Below, piece by piece: positions 58,201-64,000 of a stretch of 64,000 bases of DNA. Position 1 is the first letter of the stretch. Every line of letters starts with the position of its first letter. The stretch comes from Giardia intestinalis (taxonomy: Eukaryota). The stretch lies in assembly GCA_000002435.2 (NCBI GenBank), contig CM018793.1, one strand, 5' to 3'. A program made the translations under genes and the position numbers. The notes beneath the pieces were generated by a model. That model made no database searches and was not told where the DNA came from. It saw nothing but the letters and a program-made list of their open reading frames with translations.

Positions 58201-58452
58201 CTCAACTGCCTGTTGGTTACCGCCAATGACTGCTATCATTAGTGCAGTGAAGTCCTCGTGATTCATGCATGAATGCTCATAGGGAACAAGGTGTTGAATG
58301 GCTAAAAGCTGATTATGACGAACCGCTGTCATGAGCGCCGTTTCGCCTATTTCATTCCGTGACCGTTTGTGTGTGTTAATCATCCTGCAGAGAGATGTAA
58401 GATTCCCTGAAGACGCGGCAATGAACCATGCCGATTCATCTCTCCGCGCCAT
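55288..58452 (-). CDS. Ankyrin-repeat protein with C-terminal RING finger (putative E3 ubiquitin ligase; Giardia 'protein 21.1'-like)
   Basis: More than 20 ankyrin repeats (G.TALM.AA..G.......L...). The C-terminus is LCCVCMARPPSFIGVPCGHALMCHSCMVASISACPFCKAQI, matching the MIB/IAP-type C3HC4 RING consensus C.ICM.....PCGH...C..C......CP.CR..I. The track start at GTG 58467 was moved to the first ATG, 58452. Confidence 0.8.
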   Translation of the reverse strand: MARRDESAWFIAASSGNLTSLCRMINTHKRSRNEIGETALMTAVRHNQLLAIQHLVPYEHSCMNHEDFTALMIAVIGGNQQAVEILCEYEYTISTRTGQTALMLAVVMNNHQAISSLAPYATGLRDNLGRTALMYAAFTGLTLAAQELIPYEAGFTSQFGDTALSIAMERGHNHIVELLQSYEESPCFETRCKHASLNAKRLNPESELLMSPPVPVVQSTPLPTVSPQQAAVDHQQSPRTRSSDDTDVINDTISSLLVDVLMDSNPSSQNLADSSFTIYPGEAANIVDIDELSIEPPSSGTSEEYLTQHVAIPLVQQETDVQHTMQTDIDSQHSNAHSNSRLVIRPCIVRRRRKLMRPPRVALPGSLTFVADVSYTLLMRAVIARNSEWFKALCPYEATLRDSRGRTALMHASYSNNIEAAEDLVPFEVGLTDVQGQTALHYAAQRGHLEIVKLLLPKEGSIADTNGTTPLMLAALAKHGPVVTALLEHQACACDRNQTTALMHAAQRGYLDITRILLPHESRMYNLAGETALMMAARFGFDGIVDLLLDREAGNQNNEGMTALMFASKHGHARTVARIVSSRMELRMTNYDGKTALMLAAEHNQIEAASILAKHEAELRTYDDTTALMIAATLGYVNVVRVLALAEAGSRDLEGRTALMCAAKNNHVNCVEILLNCPREINKLTEDHFNALHIAVKAGAIDSVLLLSRFEPLLPNAYGQTPLMSAAGNGHEEIIEFLLKHSKSRECDMLGRTALMYAAQHDQVRAAKKLIPHESGLRDKCGRTALIYAIECRNRRVIPFLLREAWLIDFHGKTPLEYALEQELYEFVDPITEHAMLPFNVASPATLSVAVKILYEKIRECVRTFYQQRIDSQRRRDVNDENCVARNTDLLDLYQLDFVTDAEAQADILVLDDLLESMLDLLLEDDTSPSDSNNSVVQAQAQRINIYEIDTDEKLIEFLVEGRGLCCVCMARPPSFIGVPCGHALMCHSCMVASISACPFCKAQITTVVTLDSPASVVSSFAALSDESQYIIEEEEGHIVYRLGEQSDDILAEE

Positions 58453-58587
58453 CTTTTTTTTGACCACAGGTGATCGTAGAAAAGATAATACGAGTAGAGC
58501 GCAGCACTCAGACGTACCACGGAGGATTGCCAGTAACCTACAAAGGGATTTCGTGGACCTTAATGTGTGAGGTAAACACTTGGATTA

Positions 58588-61500
58588 CTAGTTTACAACA
58601 ATGACTTTTGGCAAGCTAGATACCGTATTTAGATTCAAGTGTTGTAGTAGGAAACTGCTACTCTTTGTAGAAGTGAACTCTTGCATCAGCGAGGCACGGC
58701 TTGGTGTGTGTACAGAAAACGACCTACATAATGGACTGACCATTTCATCCGTAAGGGATCTCAACCCAAAGCAGCCCGACGATTGCGCGTTCGCTTCTCC
58801 ATCTCTTGTTTTGGGTGGCGAGCTACTTTTACTGCGTATCCTGTTCAGATGTCTGCGGGGACCAGAAAGGAACACTATTTTCTTGTCTAGAAGTGTGTTG
58901 AGATTGGTTCTGGGTGAGACTCTAACTTGCTCAATTCCTGAGATAGTCGCAAGTGTGTCTGTATCACCTTTAGTACCTGCCTCTTTGGCACGCAGTATTG
59001 CAACTATCCCGTCGGGATCCTTCAGATTGAAGAGATGCTTCAACTGCTCAAACTTCTCAGCGGTGGCTATCTTATTCTGCATAATCAATCTGTACCAGCA
59101 CAGCTTCTTCCTGTCTTCGTCTGCATTCTTTGCATCTGCCAATTGCTTACGGATAGATTGAGCACTTATAGAGGGCATTAGTGTTATCTTGCGTAGGTCT
59201 GTGGCACGGAATTCGTGCGCGGTTCCTGTTTCAAGTAAGCAGTAGTAGCTCAATATGAACGTATCGTATGCCTTTGCATAGGACTGTGTCAGTCCCAGAA
59301 GTCCTTTGTATGGCCCTATCGCAACAACAAATACATCGCCTAGCTGAGGATATTTTGAATGCTTCTTGTGAGGTTCTTTAGAAAACAGTGCATCATTTGC
59401 TGAAACACAGGATTTGGCGCTCTTACTTCCTGCGATAGAAGCAGAGAAGACTCTGTATTTTTGTCGATGAGTGGGGAGTTTCAAGAGCTCTTCGCCGTCA
59501 TAGAAATACGGTCTGAGCTTGGTAACCCGCGTGCCTTCTATAAATGGCATGTGGATATCTGTGTCAATATCTGTGTCAGTTTTCCTTAGTAGCGAAGGAG
59601 CAGATTCCTGACGCCTCAGAACGGGAGGTTCACTGGTTATAGCTTGCTTTATCTTATCAGAATCAATAGAGATTCCTTGCTCGGCTATTTCTGCTGTAGA
59701 CAGATATGCAATCGGAGACCATTGGCTTTGAGTGTCCAGATCAATAGCGCGTGTATTAGTAAAGAGTACATTGTTCTCAAGGTCTTCTCTACTCAAATGC
59801 GCGGGTGCAGATTTGGTGCGACATAATGATGAAGTCTCGACGGGTTGTGCTGCACAGCAGTCTGGTAAAATTGGTTGCTTGAGTGAGACATTATTAGGTT
59901 CAGTAGGATTTCTCTTCGCCAGCACAGTGGGTTGATCATCAAGGTGGAGTAGTGAGACATAGTCATTTTGCAAACTGCCTCTAGGGGACATGACAAGCTT
60001 TTCAGCGTGGGGAGTATCTCGATCGTGTTGCTGACAATCAAAAACAGTACTCGGATGAGACAACGGTGCAAGTTGATGGTTGGATCTGCCCGATTGAGAT
60101 AGGGTCATGGTTCGATCGAAAAGCAAGACTTCAGCTGATGATGCTGCCGGGGAACCCAGAACTGAAAGGGGCATCTCATTATAACTAGGATCATTGTTCT
60201 GGAATCTCTTTCTGGGGGCATCGATCGGATCTTCGTCTTGATGATGCATATCTGATGGCACTGGCAAAGAAAGAAACATGGTGCCATCAGTTGTGGAAGA
60301 TGACATACCAGATATTGGTTGATGCGTATTGCGAGAAAGGGGTGTCGATGCACTCTTTGACCTTCCCGAAGAGGTCATGCCACTGGTCGTTGTGCTAACA
60401 GAATATATTGTGCCAAGAAGTGCAAGTGTTTTTGAATCTGCGGGCTCGCTTAGTAGCATATCTTTAAGAGTTTCTGTGGTAGGTTTTGAGATACCGTGTG
60501 CTTCAATAACTGAAGAACCAAGAGTACCATTGTCCTCTTGTGCTTTTGTTATATGTGACGAAGTGTGCTGTTCGATAGTATTGGGCGCTTTTGATGTCTC
60601 ATTCAATGCTTGAAGGATTGTTGGCTGACTTTTAAAGAATGACTCCAGAGGATGATGAAACGAAGATTGCCTCATGTTTTTAGCAATAAGCCTCTGGGGG
60701 TGGTCACCAAGGACCTGCTCAAGATCCAGGGTCTTCCAGTCTGGTTCTAAAATAACGAGATTCGCGCACCTGCAAAGCTTGATGGCACCGAAAAAGGCGA
60801 CGTAAGCATAGTGCATTCCCTGTAAGTAAGCCAGGCCTACAACCATTCCCGTGTTTGAGGAATCTGTGGACTTAACAATAACTCCCACATCGTACTTTGG
60901 ACTATAAAACATGTGGTTAACTGCATGTATTATCTGGTTTTCTAAATCTACCTCATATCGCACTTTGCTTATATCCGTAACTGCAACCCCACATGCTAGA
61001 CATGGGATTTCCGAGGCCAAATGTATGCATGCGCACGTCCTGCAGACAATGTGATCGCAGACAAGACGAACTGGTCTCCGTAGTACACAATGGCACGATG
61101 AACAAAGAAAGCTTAGTGTTGGGAATCGGCGGCAAGTATCACAGAGTGATCGCACCACATATTGATTCCTCTCCTCTTCCTTGATGAGTCGTTCAGCCTG
61201 GGTGTCAATATGAGGGGTAGAGTCATATTTTTGCATTTTTCTTTCTACTTGGAGACTGTACATCTTGGTAGAGTTGCCTGTTGGCCTTATCGCGCTTTCG
61301 CCGAATGCAAAGGAAATAGGAGAGTTGTTGGGATGCATTTCTGGTTGATCAAAATACCATTTAATGAAATCTTTTCTATATTTCAGGATCTTCTCATCTT
61401 GCATGACAAGTTTGTTTCTATAGTTTGGATTAATAAGCGGGTGCGTTGAACAGTATGCCGTGGCTGTTGGTGCTTGTTTAGGCCGCAATCTGTGATGATA

Positions 61501-64000
61501 CTGAAAAGTTAGCACGGATGTTTGTGGATTATAAGTTCTGTGGCGAGGTTCTGCAGCTTTGGGGTACTCAGAGGGACCACCTGAGTGGCAGCCAGTGACC
61601 TGCAGAGGGAGTGCATCATTAGATGCCTGGAAAGAGAGAGGTGAGGACTGCTCTGTCAAATCCTTACATCGTCGTCGCCTAATGAAGTTACTGGCACCGA
61701 GAGGAAGTGGCGGAGAAGACGGCGGGCTTTCACTCTCAAGGAAGCTAGGCTTTTGATGAGAGCTAGGATTTCCGTGCACGTGCCCATACACAAGCATATC
61801 GTACTGCTGCTTTGCTATGTTCCGCTCGTATTGACACCAGTTCCATACGTATACGAAGTCCTTTTGCTCTTCGTCCTTCTGCTTCCTGAGACCCTCTCTA
61901 CGGGCAATAGTAAACTGTGGCTCTAGATCCTTCACCAAGCGTAAGGTTTTATGTGCCATGACACTCATGTTCAGGCCCATCATAAAGAGCTCAGAAGAGT
62001 ATCTTGTTGCACAAAATATGGTACTATCTGTATAGAGATACGACGAAGTTATGTTGCAGATTCCAAAGTTGAAGAACGGACTGCGATGAGATTGAGTCAA
62101 GGAGAGCCCCTCGCCATATCTAAGTGCTGGCCGGAGATCAAAGACGTTGATAGCGGAAATGGTAGCAACATTGTGTACCTCTATATGCTTATTCCCCAAC
62201 AAAATGTGGCAAAACACCTTGGATGGATCATCTAGGAGAATACCGATCTTTGTTTGCGAATACCCTCGCACAACGCACGGAAACCCATAATCTATGAGGC
62301 AATTGAACCATGAAATCTGTTTTCGCATTACATAAACCTTTTCCCAATCTATTGGCGGCATTTGTTTTCTGTTAATATAAGTGGACTGACCAGGTATTCC
62401 TTTGAATTCTCCGTTGCATTGGTTTGACGGCTCATCAAACGGAACAATATGCTCCATAATCTTGCCACAGTCAAAGCAAACCCAATTATTTTCACGACAA
62501 TCCATGTAGCAATTGTAACAGTAATAGTGGCCGCAGAGAGTCCTAACTGGAAAGCGTAGGAGACCGCGGCAGCCAGAGCAGCAAAAGTCTCTGTAGGAGT
62601 ACCACATTGTAAAATCCGTTATAATCCTGAGGAATTTGCGGAGATGAGACGGATAACAGTAGGTTAGGTTGGATGAGAGAAGAGTTGGTCTGTTCTCAGT
62701 ATACGGAAATGAGTAGGCCTGGTCATATAAATTTGTACTGAATTCAGCTGGCGCTGCCTGAGAACCCTTCTCCCCCGTGGAAGAGAGTCCAAGGCTAGAA
62801 TTTCCTCGTCGTGCGGCCGCCTCTATCAGTTTATTTTGAGTTGCAAGTGCCTCTGGCCAGCGTTGGGCTTTTGCTCTTCGGGACGGCATGGCAATTTTGG
62901 ATGATATATCACAAGTAGTGGCTACCTTGCCGGACTGCCCAAGTTCCTCGACCATTTGAGCATGCTGCATGTGAGAGTCAACCTGAAGAGAGAAGGTGCC
63001 AATATTTTCAGAATGTGATGCACGAACATTATATATAGGTGAGCCTTTAAGGTCAGTAGACACCTCATCACAGCAACTAAGCTTCTGCCTAAAAGCCTCG
63101 CTGAAGAAAGGGGCAGGATCTTCGTTAGGTTCAGGAAACCGGAACGAGGAAGCAAGTTGTGCGGTATATGACTTTTCAGCCACGTTAGTGGAATAGGTAA
63201 CCATTTGCGACCCTGTTGTCTTGGGAATAGTAGAGGAACGGGGCTGTGAAGTATGGTTAGGCAACTGTTGCATGCACGCTGCACTATTGGATAAGCCAGT
63301 CTGATTGCTTGAGGTAAATCCCAATAAAGGATCGTTGTCAAAAGAAATAAGATCGTGCTTAACCAAATATACTTCAATTGGCAGACTAGTAACGGGATTC
63401 ATGACAAGTGATGCCACATCAAATGAGAAGTGAGCAGTGCTAACATCAGGCACCTCTTGCTGGGTAGTCAAATTAACAATATGAGTTAATGCTTCAGATG
63501 ACGGTTTTCGTTGCTTGACCTCCTTAAGCTTTAGCTTATAGCGATACAGGACATCTACATTATTATATATGTGTGTCTTTACAGTCAAGGAAAGCGGAAC
63601 AAACTTAGGCCAATGCGGGTGATAGGGGACCTCAATATTCCACTTCTTCTGACGGTGGCAGAAAAGCGCAAACTCCCTGGATGCGGTGTCTGAGACGGTG
63701 CTGGGATCGGTCTTTTCGGCTAAATAATCAAGTGCCTCTTTGACAATACCAGTTAACGAGGAGTGGTTCTGAGTTGAAGACCGACTTTTTTCTATAAACA
63801 ACTCTCTCTCCTGTACAGAGAAATCCCGGATAGGATAGATGCTAGCTAGGGTATGAGTAATATTATCAGGAAGCTTGACTGTTTCGATAGCAGGTGAGCC
63901 GTAGATAACCCTTGTACCTAGAACAAAGGTATTGGGGCGGAATGGTTCTAGCTCACAGAGTCTTCCAATCCAGAGTATTCCGTAGCAGTTGACGCGGACA
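58588..64000 (-). CDS. Giant multi-RING-finger protein (putative E3 ligase). Partial: the 5' end lies beyond the window.
   Basis: The minus-strand frame is open from 64000 to the stop at 58588, giving at least 1800 aa; the track's TTG start at 63801 is an artefact of the window edge. It contains two C3HC4-like RING motifs (CCSGCRGLLRFPVRTLCGHYYCYNCYMDCRENNWVCFDCGK and CDTCRRFPTLSFLCSSCHCVLRRPVRLVCDHIVCRTCACIHLASEIPCLACG). Each is followed by a similar module of about 75 aa. Long Ser-rich linkers lie between them. Confidence 0.6.
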   Translation of the reverse strand, partial: VRVNCYGILWIGRLCELEPFRPNTFVLGTRVIYGSPAIETVKLPDNITHTLASIYPIRDFSVQERELFIEKSRSSTQNHSSLTGIVKEALDYLAEKTDPSTVSDTASREFALFCHRQKKWNIEVPYHPHWPKFVPLSLTVKTHIYNNVDVLYRYKLKLKEVKQRKPSSEALTHIVNLTTQQEVPDVSTAHFSFDVASLVMNPVTSLPIEVYLVKHDLISFDNDPLLGFTSSNQTGLSNSAACMQQLPNHTSQPRSSTIPKTTGSQMVTYSTNVAEKSYTAQLASSFRFPEPNEDPAPFFSEAFRQKLSCCDEVSTDLKGSPIYNVRASHSENIGTFSLQVDSHMQHAQMVEELGQSGKVATTCDISSKIAMPSRRAKAQRWPEALATQNKLIEAAARRGNSSLGLSSTGEKGSQAAPAEFSTNLYDQAYSFPYTENRPTLLSSNLTYCYPSHLRKFLRIITDFTMWYSYRDFCCSGCRGLLRFPVRTLCGHYYCYNCYMDCRENNWVCFDCGKIMEHIVPFDEPSNQCNGEFKGIPGQSTYINRKQMPPIDWEKVYVMRKQISWFNCLIDYGFPCVVRGYSQTKIGILLDDPSKVFCHILLGNKHIEVHNVATISAINVFDLRPALRYGEGLSLTQSHRSPFFNFGICNITSSYLYTDSTIFCATRYSSELFMMGLNMSVMAHKTLRLVKDLEPQFTIARREGLRKQKDEEQKDFVYVWNWCQYERNIAKQQYDMLVYGHVHGNPSSHQKPSFLESESPPSSPPLPLGASNFIRRRRCKDLTEQSSPLSFQASNDALPLQVTGCHSGGPSEYPKAAEPRHRTYNPQTSVLTFQYHHRLRPKQAPTATAYCSTHPLINPNYRNKLVMQDEKILKYRKDFIKWYFDQPEMHPNNSPISFAFGESAIRPTGNSTKMYSLQVERKMQKYDSTPHIDTQAERLIKEEERNQYVVRSLCDTCRRFPTLSFLCSSCHCVLRRPVRLVCDHIVCRTCACIHLASEIPCLACGVAVTDISKVRYEVDLENQIIHAVNHMFYSPKYDVGVIVKSTDSSNTGMVVGLAYLQGMHYAYVAFFGAIKLCRCANLVILEPDWKTLDLEQVLGDHPQRLIAKNMRQSSFHHPLESFFKSQPTILQALNETSKAPNTIEQHTSSHITKAQEDNGTLGSSVIEAHGISKPTTETLKDMLLSEPADSKTLALLGTIYSVSTTTSGMTSSGRSKSASTPLSRNTHQPISGMSSSTTDGTMFLSLPVPSDMHHQDEDPIDAPRKRFQNNDPSYNEMPLSVLGSPAASSAEVLLFDRTMTLSQSGRSNHQLAPLSHPSTVFDCQQHDRDTPHAEKLVMSPRGSLQNDYVSLLHLDDQPTVLAKRNPTEPNNVSLKQPILPDCCAAQPVETSSLCRTKSAPAHLSREDLENNVLFTNTRAIDLDTQSQWSPIAYLSTAEIAEQGISIDSDKIKQAITSEPPVLRRQESAPSLLRKTDTDIDTDIHMPFIEGTRVTKLRPYFYDGEELLKLPTHRQKYRVFSASIAGSKSAKSCVSANDALFSKEPHKKHSKYPQLGDVFVVAIGPYKGLLGLTQSYAKAYDTFILSYYCLLETGTAHEFRATDLRKITLMPSISAQSIRKQLADAKNADEDRKKLCWYRLIMQNKIATAEKFEQLKHLFNLKDPDGIVAILRAKEAGTKGDTDTLATISGIEQVRVSPRTNLNTLLDKKIVFLSGPRRHLNRIRSKSSSPPKTRDGEANAQSSGCFGLRSLTDEMVSPLCRSFSVHTPSRASLMQEFTSTKSSSFLLQHLNLNTVSSLPKVIVVN

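Noticed and set aside
1-64000. Prokaryotic defence island or operon interpretation of the window
   Set aside because: The gene content (ubiquitin, U2AF35, AMPK, glycogen synthase, HECT, PX), AGTRAAY polyA motifs, tRNA genes with Pol III terminator and the VSP CRGKA tails identify a eukaryotic (Giardia-like) chromosome. The GTG/TTG starts in the track are artefacts of the ORF-calling settings.

Overview
This window is eukaryotic and looks like a gene-dense, apparently intron-free stretch of a Giardia (diplomonad) chromosome. Four things point to Giardia: two cysteine-rich surface-protein genes with CXXC motifs and the C-terminal ...[16 protein letters not shown] transmembrane tail typical of Giardia variant-specific surface proteins (VSPs); a single-copy ubiquitin gene with a one-residue C-terminal extension; AGTRAAY polyadenylation motifs 10-30 nt after stop codons; and short AT-rich intergenic promoters. 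I find no CRISPR, prophage or operon structure.

The provided ORF track allows GTG/TTG starts, so several CDS starts below were moved to the first in-frame ATG.

I call about 35 protein-coding genes. Metabolism: cofactor-independent phosphoglycerate mutase, glucokinase, glycogen synthase, phosphomevalonate kinase, and a uridine-kinase family protein with an N-terminal TGS-like extension. Translation and splicing: Mtq2/HemK2 with a neighbouring HemK-like paralog, and U2AF35. Signalling and surface: an AMPK/SNF1 kinase, a NEK-like pseudokinase with ankyrin repeats, a PX-domain protein, and a high-cysteine membrane protein. Ubiquitin system: monomeric ubiquitin, a 1683-aa HECT E3, an ankyrin-repeat RING E3, and a giant partial multi-RING protein. 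Large structural proteins: a 1709-aa beta-propeller/alpha-solenoid/zinc-finger protein and a MORN-repeat protein. The rest are coiled-coil or low-complexity hypotheticals.

RNA genes and repeats: tRNA-Leu(CAG) and tRNA-Met(CAT) are convergent and flank a roughly 435-bp (ACCATTACCT)n microsatellite. A canonical VSP consists almost entirely of about 11.9 perfect 105-bp tandem repeats.

The points most worth a second look are a second VSP that appears to be a pseudogene, the long ORF-free GC-rich spacers around the VSPs, a 1.4-kb ORF-free segment, the bacterial-type TGS-uridine kinase fusion, and the duplicated RING-plus-beta-module architecture of the multi-RING protein.
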